Source: Bigelowiella natans CCMP2755 (taxonomy: Eukaryota; Protista; Cercozoa). From it: a stretch of DNA of 64,000 bases. Below the pieces are notes generated by a model. It was not told where the DNA came from. It did not search any database and saw nothing but the letters and a program-made list of their open reading frames with translations. The translations under genes and the position numbers were made by a program. Position 1 is the stretch's first letter, and each line of letters starts with the position of its first letter. Positions 41,269 through 53,664 of this stretch are shown here, one piece after another. The stretch lies in assembly GCA_000320545.1 (NCBI GenBank), contig ADNK01000053.1, forward strand, positions 1 through 64,000, in the 5' to 3' direction.

Positions 41269-42941
41269 ATGGAGGCTCCCCCTCGCAGGGTCGGTTGAAT
41301 TCGTGCAGTCTCGTTCTTTAATTTACTTCAAAAGCTCATGGCCGATAGCCGACCGAGTGAGACTTATCCATCACTATATGCCTTACCTATAATGTCGCCA
41401 GGCTGCTGCCAAATGCTCTCCAGCCCCCATCCTTTGCTTTCTGGTAGCACTGTGGTGCTTCAGTGAGACCTGGAGAGACAGAAGAGGGATGAAGAAATCA
41501 TTGCGAGGGGTGGGTTACTATTCATCGTCCTCCAATCGACAGCATCGTCGCTCGTCGTCTCCCTTCTACATCGCGACAGCTATTCATTACACGAATGGGC
41601 CTCCCCACATGGGCCATGCTTACGAGGTAGTAGTACTAGTAGTAGTGGGCGGTAAATTGGCAACAATGCTCTGTATCGAGTGGGGAAAATAAGAGAAACA
41701 TCGCGATAATTGCAGACGTAATGATAATGATGACTGGAATTGTAGATAGTAACAGTTCTGTTACACGTATATGGAATATACTCTCAAACTACACTCTTAT
41801 CTTCCAGGCCGTAGTTGCTGACGCGCTTGCTCGGTTTGCACGCATCCACCCTGGATTTTCCATTGGAAATGGGGGAGGAGAAGGAAAGGATGATGTGTAC
41901 GGTAGAGAAGATGATTGCGATGGTGGAAGCGAAACTCCCGTCGTCCGATTTGCTACAGGAACCGACGAACACGGTAGTTTGTGACTCGATGTATTAGTAA
42001 GGTGCTGATTAGCAGCGTACTGACGATATCACAGCATATGAGTCAGGAGAGGGCGGAAGGGGGGGGGGGCACAACATGATTGTATTATAATTGGATGATA
42101 GTGGATGTGATTTATGGGTATTTGCACTAAAAGGTCAGAAGATCGAAGCAACAGCTGCTCGTCTTAACACCACGCCAAAGGCTATAGCAGATACGTACTG
42201 TCGTCAATTTCAGGTCTCATCCAAAGAAAATAGTTGAGGTGCCAGGATATTTCACACAGCATCAACAAATTGGGGGGAGCTATCTGGCCTTTCCTCCTCT
42301 TCTCTATATCCCGTATTTGCTGTTAATCGTCTCATTCCTGTCGTTGTCGTCGTCGTTATTGTGGCGACAATCTCCAGAATTTGTATGATCGGCTTAATAT
42401 CTCTCACGACGTATGGACTCGCACCACCGATCCCAAGCATCAGAGGGTGGCAAAGGTAGTAGCAGCAAAGATGTTTACTACCTCCCATGTGTGGTGTACG
42501 AGGGGGGGGGGATACGATGGAAAATACACGTCCAAAAAGCAGCAAAACACATGCATACACATACAGGCTGTATTTGACCGACTGAGGAGAAATGGCGACA
42601 TCTACTACGCGGCGTATGAGGGATGGTAAGTGAATCAGCTAGGAGGCCTTCTTCTTGTATATATATATATATATATAGATATATACATATATGATAATGT
42701 AGGTATAATACGCGAGAGGAACGCTTTGTACCGCTAGCGGAGGCCCGTGCGAGCCAATATCGCGACACAGTAACAGGCGAAAACCTGACGCTGGTAGGCA
42801 AAACGTAGCACCAGAAACAAGCATGAGAGAATTGTGATACGCAAATACACAACGCAGCCACGTGCCTACATGTCGTCCGACGATGAGAGTCTGTATAACA
42901 AGCAGCACACAAACACAAACACATTCACGATCATATTCATG

Positions 42942-42991
<50 letters not shown>

Positions 42992-44413
42992 GTGTGTGTG
43001 TGTGTGTGTGTATTATATTTATGAAGAGAATACGTGTCTTGTTGTTTCTCATCATCATCTTGCAGAGCCAAGACGACTCATACTTCTTCAACATGTCGCG
43101 GTCAGAGATAACCAAATATTAGGAAAAACAACACATACGAATGCCCAATGCAGCGGTAGAAGAACCCGCTGATAAATTTTATTCTTCTCCTATTATTTGC
43201 GATGGATATAGTTATCATGATCGGCTGGTAGCGTTCCTCCAGTCCCACCCTGGGTGAGAGTAGTAGCAAGCTTCATGTGCATAATACATGCTAGCGACAT
43301 CGTAGCAACGATGACGGATACTGCTGCTATTGGGCAGTAAGTAGACACTGCAAGCAGTGAATAGCAGTGAATAGCAGTGAATCGAACGACAGGGAAGAAA
43401 GTACAGAGCCTCATCGTATTTGCCTTTCCTTGCAATGAAGATCATCATCGTCGTCATCGTTGTCGTTGTCTTTACTACATGCTTTTGATGACCGTGTCGT
43501 TTTCAGGTTCTTACAGCCTCCTTCGATGATAGAATACGTGCTGAATCGTTTGCGCTCGGAGCGGTAAGTTCCTAGCCTCGTGATAACGACGACGGTGAAG
43601 AAACGCATGCTAGCTATCATCATGAATCAAACGAACGATTGTGTTTGCTATCGTTGGAATCATCTTCTATGTGCTCCTCTTATCCTTGCTTTGCTTCCCC
43701 CCCCCCCCCCCTCCTTCAGCCTGCGCGATCTCTCGATATCGCGCTCTTCACTAGCATGGGGCATCCCCCTCCCCCACCCGGACGAAGAAAGGAGCAGTAG
43801 CGACGACAAGGCGGAAAGGACAAATAAGCAACAACAGCAGGAACAGCAACAGCATCATACGATGTATGTGTGGCTTGACGCGCTCGCCAACTATCTAACT
43901 GCTGCGAACGTGTTCTCATCGCCGCCGATGATGCGCCACGACGAAGGAGGAGTGGGAGAGGGATTAGCTGTGAAGGAAGAGAAGGAAGAGAATCTGCTCA
44001 GCGCTAATCATTCTCAACAACAGGCGAGAGATGCCTGTCAATCTTCCCCCCCCCCCCCCCCCCTCTTCCTCCCATTCTCGTATAATGTATACAAATACAA
44101 CGTATATGACATTGTTGCGTATACATTTCTCGCAGCAGCAGCATCGTTGCTGGCCAGTGAATCTTCATGTGATCGGAAAAGACATCGTGTGGTTTCATGG
44201 TATGATATAATAGCATCTCTTCAACCCTGAAGAAGAAGAACAAGAGGAAGAAGACGACGACGACGACGACGACTCTGTTGTGTATTTAGAAGAGAGACGT
44301 TCCGAAAGTACATTTTGGAACGATTTCGCGCCAAATTTACATCGGAGAAGATTTCGTGGGAGTGGGTTATCTAGCGCATAGCTAGTTGACTGGACAGCAT
44401 TCTCCCTCTTGCG

Positions 44414-44453
<40 letters not shown>

Positions 44454-44942
44454 CCTCGTTCGTGTCGTCGTCTCTTTTAATCTGCAAACCAAACCGTAGA
44501 TAACTCACATGCTGCTGTCTATATATCATATGATCCAGCTGTCGTTTGGCCCTGTGTCTTGCTTGCCCTCGACATGAAGCTTCCACACTGTATCTTCGCA
44601 CACGGTTTCGTCAACGATAAGGTGATTGTTGCTTTAGCATCGTCGCCTTCTGCACGTCGCTTTTCCACCTTACAATTGCTTCAGATTTTTTCTCTCTTTC
44701 ACTTTTGCCCGCCCCTACTCGCTCCCGTTGCGATTGAAATCGGCATTCAAAAACAAGACAAAAAAGGCGATTTCTCTCGAAGGCGTCAACTTCGATGAAC
44801 ACGATGGGTGGCGACATCGGATCTTTGCCTCTACGTCACGTTACTTTGCCATAGCTGCGACGTAGAGGCGGGGGAGTGAATCATCGGGGCATTGATTCTT
44901 TTCGAAATGAAGTCTATTGTGCGTTGGAATGATGATGAAGAA

Positions 44943-44973
<31 letters not shown>

Positions 44974-45477
44974 ATGATTGTGATGATAAATAACGGCGAT
45001 CCGCGACAGAATGGGCTGAAGATGTCAAAGTCCGTTGGAAACGTCGTTACTCCAGAGCAGCTCTTTCACCGTGACGTCACCTCGGATGCTCTCCGGTGCG
45101 GATGACCATCACTCCCTTTTGTTGCCGTCATTCTTGTCGTTTGTCGATGTTATTGTTGTTGTGGTGGTGGGCCCATCGTGAGATACTTTCATCTTTTTAC
45201 CGCATGCTTGCAGCATAACTTCTCTCCTCCTCTCTTCATGCCGTTCCTGATCCTGTAGCTGCTGCTGCTACTGGCCTTCTCTTCCTCTACTCTCCTTGTT
45301 TAATAATATCAAAATACTACTGCAAGGTTTTACCTCTTGCGTTCATCGCCAGAGCTAGGAGGAGACGTTAGCTTCGATAGCGAGGCCCTCAAAGCAATGT
45401 TGGTGTTGCGTCCAATTCTTCGGATGTCATTTTAAATATATGTGCACCTATATGTGCATGTAAGTGTGTATATATTA

Positions 45478-45515
<38 letters not shown>

Positions 45516-46976
45516 TTTTAATTTATTTACACAAATGTTCCGTAGTACAACAGCAATAATAGCAATAAACAACCTGAATAATACCCGATATCCCCGTCAG
45601 AAATGATGCCGAGCTTGCGGACTGTATAGGTAAAGTATATTGCACCGTATGTATCAGCAGCAACAGCAGCAGGAGGAGGAGGAGGAGGAGGAGCGAGGAT
45701 ACATTCACTAATATAGCCAGTCATTCTCAGTTTTTTGGAGAAAAAAACCATCATGATCAGCTGTTTCGTCGTTCCATCAGGAAATCTCGTGCACAGGGTC
45801 ACGAATCTGTGCCGGAGATATGCAAATGGTGTGTCGATCAACGACTAACGTGTAGCATTGCCGAGTACAGCTAATGCTGTGTATCTGATGTTTGTGAGAA
45901 GAAGTGGAGCCGACGTCATATTCCTCTTCAAACTTCACTATTCTCCCCCCCCCCCTTGTCAATCCCCCCCACCCTTTCATACGCACGATAGGAGTGGTAC
46001 CAAATAATACAGACAAGAGGACGATAACCCCCCCCATTTAATATAGCCCATATTCGGAACGAGGTACATTATACATATGAATTTGAGGAGATGATGATGG
46101 TGAAAATAACACGCGCCTCTTCCTCCCCCCCCCCCCTCTCTCTCTCTCTTTTCAAGATGGTTAAATCGTTTACGACGCTACGGCTGCAAGGAGCATGCAA
46201 CATAGCCATCCGTGCCGCTCAGGATACCAACAGGTCCTGATACATAACCCATTGCCGCGTTCTCTGTTACTACAAATCAGAAGCCTTTCGATTCCAACGA
46301 ACAGATAAAAGCTGCAAGATCGTTTTTGTAGCCCTACGCTTTCTGAGCGCCATTTCACAGCGCAAAATTGAAGGCGTCTTCTATATAGTTTTGGTGTACT
46401 TGCCACTTTATTCATTATGAATCTTGTTTCCCGTGTCCCCTCTCTTTCATCATCTTATGTACACTAGATTCTTAACACACTACGAACCGTGGAACAAGAC
46501 ACGGTACGGCGGCACGACTGCCGATAATCAGCGAAGGCTCGAAATCATCCGAGGTTAATATATACCAAGACGATTGATTAAAGCAGCATATTCTTTTCGC
46601 TTTTCTCTCCTTTACCAAAAGATGACAACTCTTTCCGCATTGACACGCAAAAGAAGAGTTAAACAAGATTCGGAGAAAGACGGGGGGGGGAGGGGAACGG
46701 AAAACTATTGATTTTGTTTCCTTTGGGTTTTTAGTCTCTTGCGAAGCTCTGTATGCAATCGCGCATTTTCTGGGTCCGTTGATACCAAACACAGCCACAG
46801 AGATGCTGAGAAGACTAGGAATGAGCCCCAGCGCTGCTACAAATGCGTCCCGCACCTTCGCCCTCCATGATCTGCGGACTGATTTTAGCAATCTCGCTGC
46901 AGGGACTCCGGTGCTAGTTGGACACGTGCTGTTCAAAAAGCTGGCAGCTCAGCAGCAGCAAACCAAAAAACTTTAG
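41269..46976 (+). CDS. metG: Methionyl-tRNA synthetase, MetRS1/organellar type, multi-exon, with N-terminal targeting extension
   Basis: Motifs FYIATAIHYTNGPPHMGHAYE (HIGH), TGTDEHGQKI, RTTDPKH, YEGWY, SYFFNMS, DLSISR..WGIP, YVWLDALANYLT, HVIGKDIVWFHAVVWP, AHGF and KMSKSVGNVV are all present. Confidence 0.96.
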
Positions 46977-47695
46977 CATGCTAGCATGCTAGCAAAATTG
47001 TGCGACATGCAGATGTCTGGTGTGATGCGTCGATGTCACCCATCTAGCCATCCATTATCTTCTTTGCATTGTGAACGAGCAATCAGCAATGTCACTTGTT
47101 GCTTGGCACAGGCTAGCAGGGCACAACCAAGCGCATGTGTCAATGAACGAGGCATCACCACTTGATCTCCTCGCATGCACCTAGTCGTGCGTGCTGTTGC
47201 CTGGCTAGCTGGGCTAGTGGAGGTCGAAGGTCACACATTTGTCCAGATTGGTTGCGCGAAAGTGACAACGAGCGCAGCACAGCAGTGCATGAGGCGCGTC
47301 ATCAGACCACTCCAGCATTGCAATTGTGGCATTCCAGCATTGTTGTTTGTCGCGGTGTCACGTCGTGCAGCACTAGCTAGCTAGCCAGCTAGAGCAGTTG
47401 CACCTTCGCATCAATGCCAACATCATCAAGCTGACTGCTGTTGTGATGTTCCGGCGCAATCATCGAAAGATGCAGTGCGGACAAACACACGGCCAAGAGG
47501 TCACTTTCAGCACACATTGTGAAAGAAAGCCAGAAAGAAAGAAACTTGATGAACAATGAACAACAATGATGATGAACTGCATCAATGTGACAAGACATTT
47601 GCAGTGAGCGAAACGCAGCGCCTCGAACAAACGTCAGTGAGGACTAACTAGTGAAACAAGAAGGAACAACAGAATGGCATTCTGGCCATTCCTCC

Positions 47696-47744
47696 ATGCC
47701 CAGTTTCATTGATGGTGGATTGCATTGTGGTGCGTTCGCATTGG

Positions 47745-47780
<36 letters not shown>

Positions 47781-48628
47781 GTTGTTGTTTGTTGTCGCAG
47801 GTTACAAACCCAGACCTTTTCCACGATTCTATGATGGATTGTCACTGAGAACTCGAAGACAATCGGAAGCTTTGAGGTCCAAGTTCGCCACCGACCGGCC
47901 CATGCCCGCTACCATCCGAGCCCGCTCCCCAAAGCGTGGCGCCGGGAGTGGTGGTGGTGGTGTCGATGGGGATGTAGGCATGAGTAGTGGCGATTCTCAT
48001 GCCGGCACTAGTAAAAAGGCTGAGATAGCAGAATCGAGATATGCCTGTATTGTGTTGGTCGCCCTGACGTCGCTCGGCGGCTCCTTCTCCCGCGATGTCA
48101 TAGCTGCAGTCTCGCCGCAAGTTCGTAAGCGATTCGGTAATACGTGGTGTGGATTTTAGGATAGGGACGGAGAGGTGTGCTCCGTCACGATAGCTTACTA
48201 CAAGTTGTCTTTACTGTGCGTTCAGGCCTTTCGCATGCTCAGTATGCAACAGTGGCGAGCCTTCAGGTTCTAGTCCTTGGGGGGGGGGAGCAAGGGGCGA
48301 GGGAGACGAGGACTGCGGGCACGATCGGCTCATAATATGTTCTTCTACTGGTGTACCGGTGTCTGGTGATGTTGATGTTGATGTTTGTCGTTTAATAATA
48401 ATACAGGGCCTACCGAATGTTGTGCTAGCTTTTGTAACGGGAGCGTTCGTAGACTACATCGGATACCGTAAATCCTCCCTGTCGTTCACATTTATGGTGG
48501 CAGCGGGTATGTGAGACATCATCTCCTCTCTCAATTACAAAACAACATGGGCATGTACTGACCAAGACTTCATTTTCCTCTCATGTTTCTCCTCGCCAAG
48601 GATGCTCCTTTTCATATTCCTCCTTCCT

Positions 48629-48677
<49 letters not shown>

Positions 48678-49011
48678 CCCCCCCACACACACACACACAC
48701 AAATATGCATTTTCATACGTGATCCTGTGTATATTCATGGTAATTCGATGTTAATAGGCACATTGTTGGTACTGATCTCCTCGCTTTCCGGAGCGGTGTG
48801 GATGCTTATTGCCGGCCAATTGACCATAGGGATCGGGAAGCAAGTAAGTCCCTCCATCACACCATGTGTCTTCGTTCACATGTAGAAGAAGAAGTAGAAG
48901 AAGGAGAGTGTTGTCAGAAAACTACAAAATTATCTAATTAAGACTGACGAAATCTAAAGTGATCTCGCTGTGTCTCTCTCCATACACGCATGGGCAATAT
49001 AAATATCACAC

Positions 49012-49053
<42 letters not shown>

Positions 49054-49568
49054 TTTTACATTGTGTTGGTGTGCTTACGTGTAGTTTGTGTGGTAACAAA
49101 ATGATGTTGGTAATATTTGAAGCAAAGATTTGATAACAGGTCGTCTCCGTTGCGCAAAAGGTGGCTTTCCCGCATCTTGCAGCCACTAAGGTAGGTATCT
49201 CAACGATGTGAATCATGGGCAGAGAGGGGAGGGGGGGAAAGGTGAATTGTATCATTCGTATTGTTGCATGTTCTGATATCTATTTCTTCTTCTCCCTCTC
49301 CCCCCTTCCCTCGTATTCTTGCCACAATTCGCAACGAAAGCATATGGCGGTTTCGCTTGGATTAAACCTGACCTTCAATCGTATCGGTTCCTCGCTTGGT
49401 TGGGCGCTAAGTCCTTTTCTTGTCGACGAAGAAACAGGCCATTGTGCGCCTGCTATGGCTCTTAGTTTCGGTCATGACAACGACGCGACGAATGCATTAC
49501 ATATTGTGTGTGCTGCGATTTACTTACATGCATATATTTAGATGAGGATGTGCAAGACCGTTTGCGTA

Positions 49569-49613
<45 letters not shown>

Positions 49614-49779
49614 CTTTCTCCCCCACTCACTCAAATAAATGTGTGTGCGTGTGTGTGGTTGCAGCTTTGTGCTTGGTATCATTTGTGGGCGCGGCTTGTT
49701 TGTTCCTAATGACAAGAGAACCTCCCCTCATTGAAAGGTAAAAGTGGGGAATAAATTCAATCACCTCTACACAGAGAGA

Positions 49780-49837
<58 letters not shown>

Positions 49838-50644
49838 AAACACTTAATTCACCGGCATTAACACAAATCATTTCCATCCAAAAATTCAGTCCGCCAAGTC
49901 GCAAGGACCAGCATAGTCGTCGTCATCACCGTCGCCCCCCCCATCACCACCACGCAGCTAGTAGGCCCTCGTCAATCGAGCTTAAGGTGATGGCAAAAGG
50001 AAAGATATCGAGTGCTGGAGCTGCTATGAGCGGGGACCAACAGCAGCAGCCGCATCATCATAATCAACAGCAACTGTCCGCCATTTCAATCGAAACACCA
50101 TCGAGGCCGAGCACTGATGGTGCCGGGAAAAACGACGACTCTGAGAGGAAAAATAGCAGGAGCATGCGTTTGGAAGGGGGAGGGAGAAAGAGATCATGCG
50201 GGAGTATAAGGTCAGTGCTCAGGTGCATGTTCTTCTTTGATCTTTGGCTCGGAATCTCAGGCTTTTCGGCGACGTTCTGGCGTCTCACAGGTGATAATTG
50301 ATTGATAGAGAGAGGGGTTGGTAAAATATGGTGGTTGTGGTGGTGATGATGATGAGGAGGAGGAGGAGGAGGAAGAGGAGAGAATACTGAGAATGAAGTG
50401 CTTTATTTCTTACCTCCACAATCATAGCCATCCTTGTTAGTTGCACCCTTTATGTCAACGGTATCATCATCATCATCATCATCATTATCACCACCATCAT
50501 CATCATCATCATTTCATCATCGTTGTTGTTATTGTTGCTTGATCATTTCAGGCGCTATGGTGATGTACTACTCCTGCTTCTTGCCATTCAAGGTCGTTCT
50601 TTTCGTCTCGTAAAGGACAAAAGTAGCGCAGTTTTATTCACACA

Positions 50645-50702
<58 letters not shown>

Positions 50703-50752
50703 AGAGGGGGGGGGAGAGACATAGAAACATAAAAAAAAAAAGAAACCACAGA

Positions 50753-50783
<31 letters not shown>

Positions 50784-51789
50784 GCGTGTGTGTGTGTGTA
50801 TAATGTCTACATCACATTCATTCTGGATATGCACATCGTAAACGGGGCAGGTTATAGCCCTTGAATTCCTTATGGAAGACCGCGGCCTCACGGAGACATC
50901 TGCCGACGAGCTGATTGCTCTAATTGCCATTGTACCAATAGCAGGTAGAATGAATGGGCCCTGTAAACCTTGTTATGACGACGATCCATATCGACATAAT
51001 GCGTGTGGGACACTCCACCATCAACATCGATAGTTTGCTTGGAGAGAACAAGAACTCATACTTCCTGTATATCCGCAGGCTGTTTTCTGGTGGGGCTCAT
51101 GGTCGGGGGAGGAGAGGAGCGTGTGTCATCGACACTGGAGATGGGGATGGTCGTCAATGTGCTATCAATGCTGGCTCTTCACAACCTGATCGGCTATGAG
51201 CTGGTTGGGATCGTCCTCCTCGGCATCGCAGATTCACTCGTGTGCACCTCTGGTTGGACGCTTATTCCGCAGGTATCTGTATTGTGGGAGAAGTAGATGT
51301 GGGCTTAATTGTGTCATCATCGCAGACATGGTAACCCCCCCCCCCTCCTCTCTCTAACCCTTTTTCTGTTTTCCCCGTCGCGTTCTAAAGGTCGTGCATC
51401 CACGCCGGCGAGGGCTTGCAGTGGGACTGGTACATGCCCTCGAAAATTCTTGGGATGTGCCGCTAAATTCGCTCTTTGGATGGATGCGCGACAAATCTGG
51501 GTACGTCTGCATTCAACACAATCAAGTGCACGCAGAACCATTCAAGTCCGCACCTGATGGGGGCACTAAAGTGCATAGCCCAGCTATACTATATCACAGT
51601 ATTGAATGTCACATCAACCATCACTACCATCATTGTCATCATTTCTCAGAGACTTCTGTTCCTCATGCTTTTATCAGGAATCACAACCAGACTTTTCGCT
51701 GTATGATTGTGCTTGCAATTGTGGGCCTTGTCTTCTCCGTCGTATTCGCACAACAGCGAATAAAACAGATACAAAAGCAAAAGTCCTGA
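47696..51789 (+). CDS. Major facilitator superfamily transporter, MFSD1-like, multi-exon
   Basis: Hydrophobic exons: YACIVLVALTSLGGSFSRD, LPNVVLAFVTGAFVDYIGYR (MFS motif A-like), MLIAGQLTIGIG, MAVSLGLNLTFNRIGS, VLLGIADSLV..WTLIPQVVHPRRRGLAVGLVHALEN. The start may be 47696 or 47902. Confidence 0.88.
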
Positions 51790-51975
51790 GCTAGAATAAC
51801 CGTTAATGCGCACACAAAATAAGCCGATATATCGAGCTGCGATGAACAAATCGCGCGCGCATTTGCGGAACGGCGGATACTTATTGTGCAGATAGATAGA
51901 TGTGGCTGTTAGGAGACGGATGTAATCAATATATTGAATCTTTTCTTCAATGGTCGTCCTAATGACGGCTGTTGC

Positions 51976-52085
51976 AAGACGGATGTAATGAATCAATTTA
52001 AATTTGTTCAATTAATGGCAATGGTCATCCTCATGAAACCGTTCAATGCAGCGGCGGCTACAGCGCTAATGTTGAATCTGTTGGT
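51976..52085 (-). repeat. Dispersed ~100-bp repeat, copy B
   Basis: Reverse-complement match to 29216-29309 with two small indels. Confidence 0.9.
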
Positions 52086-52368
52086 GTCCGCTATGATGTG
52101 TTACATTTCTGTTGCAATCAAATGCATGTTGTTTCGGTCTTGAATACTGACACCCCCACTAGCCGCCACCTCGCGAGCTGCTGAGTGCTGGCTTATATTA
52201 ACTAGATTACATGCGTACAATCGCATCATGCAATGCACAACACAGCATCGATTCAGCCAGCAGCAGCAGTCTCGAGCTACTAGCTAGGCTAGTGGTGCTG
52301 TTTTCATCAACGGCAGCATTCAATGCAATTCATGAAAGCACAACGCGTGGCAGCTGTACAATATTTTA

Positions 52369-53196
52369 CTACTGGTTTGACATCGTCTTGAGAGTTTCTA
52401 ACGAGTCAACAAGAAAATCTCGCTTCACAACATTGATGCCATGTAACTTCAAGCTTAGAGCTAGGTGTTCCATTTTTAAGATCTTTTTCTGACAGATAAT
52501 GATTGGTAAATGGTGTGTCAACTTGAATTTGCGCTCATAAATCCATATTATGTAGTGAACATACAAAAGCCCATTTGAGTTCGTACCTTGCTCTTATCCT
52601 TGGCACCCTTCCCAAGCTTACTATACTGTATTTTAGGCGCAAGTGTAAATATTCACACGTGTTTCTAATCAAAGTAGAATTCTTACCTGAAGGGCATCAT
52701 GAATAATTTCATAGAGAAATTTCTGGGTTGCGAGTGCCACTAATCTCTTACTAAAAGGAGGACAACAGCCGCATTAGTCCGGTAAGGAACACTCACATGC
52801 AGTACATATTAGAGAGAGGGAGGGGATGAAAGAATAAGAAGATGGGATATCGTACAGTCTCTTGTCGTCGGTGCTAAAGCCGACTTTCTCCAAGTAATGC
52901 GTCGTGACGGCATCCGGAATCTGTGTTGGAAAGGAGCCGAAAGTTAGCAAAATGCGTGAGAAATTGTGTGTGAAGTGAATAATAAAATACAAATTAAGAA
53001 CCGTAGGCTCATAATCCTCCATTTCCTTCAACAGCACTGCAATATCCTTCTCCGGGCCACTAGCGTATGAGCTCGAGGTTCTTTGCCTCTGTGGAGTTGT
53101 TGAAACTCAGTGACGAAAGAAGCTTCTTTAAAAAGTGGCAGCGACGGGAAGACTATTTACCTTGCTCGGATTCTCAGATCCCTTACTGTCCATCAT
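52369..53196 (-). CDS. TAF10: TFIID/SAGA subunit TAF10
   Basis: Spliced product LLKEMEDYEPTIPDAVTTHYLEKVGFSTDDKRLKRLVALATQKFLYEIIHDALQYSK...LKMEHLALSLKLHGINVVK matches the TAF10 histone-fold signature. Confidence 0.96.
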
Positions 53197-53383
53197 GCTA
53201 GTGGGGATCAGTGATCTTTATCGAAAGAAGAGCCCTTGGAGTGGCAGGGGGGTGGAGAGAAGGGCGGGGACTTGCGGCACGAAAGCTGTTGTCGTAGGAG
53301 AGAATTATGGTTAATTTAGAAGATTTTGGTCACTTCTAATTTATGAGTAATCACATGTCTCGCATGCTGATAAGAAAACTAAA

Positions 53384-53457
53384 GCACCCATGGTCTAGTT
53401 GGTTATGACATCGGTTTTACACACCGAGGGTCGGGTGTTCAAGTCACTCTGGGTGTA
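53384..53457 (+). tRNA. tRNA-Val(UAC)
   Basis: 74-nt cloverleaf: acceptor GCACCCA/TGGGTGT plus discriminator A, D arm, anticodon stem TCGGT/ACCGA with loop TTTACAC, T arm GGGTG-TTCAAGT-CACTC. Confidence 0.95.
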
Positions 53458-53467
53458 TTTTTTTTTT
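53458..53467 (+). terminator. Pol III oligo-T terminator
   Basis: T10 run immediately after the tRNA discriminator base. Confidence 0.85.
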
Positions 53468-53664
53468 CATATTCTTCCAAAATAACTCCAAATATTTATT
53501 CATTACAAAATCCATGTCGCGGTGGGAAAATGTCATGTGTTTTCAATTATTTTTTGGTATTGGCTGAAGAGGCATATCGGAAGCAGGAGCTCCCTCCTGC
53601 CAACCCTCACCAAACACCATCGTAGACCTACGTTAAGAGCTTCTTCGCCAGCAGTATATCCAAA

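Noticed and set aside
47389-47598. 69-aa minus-strand ORF that would restore perfect strand alternation between MetRS and the MFS gene
   Set aside because: It has no recognisable motif and lies in the TpA-free stretch, where TAA and TAG stops are missing on both strands, so open frames arise by default.
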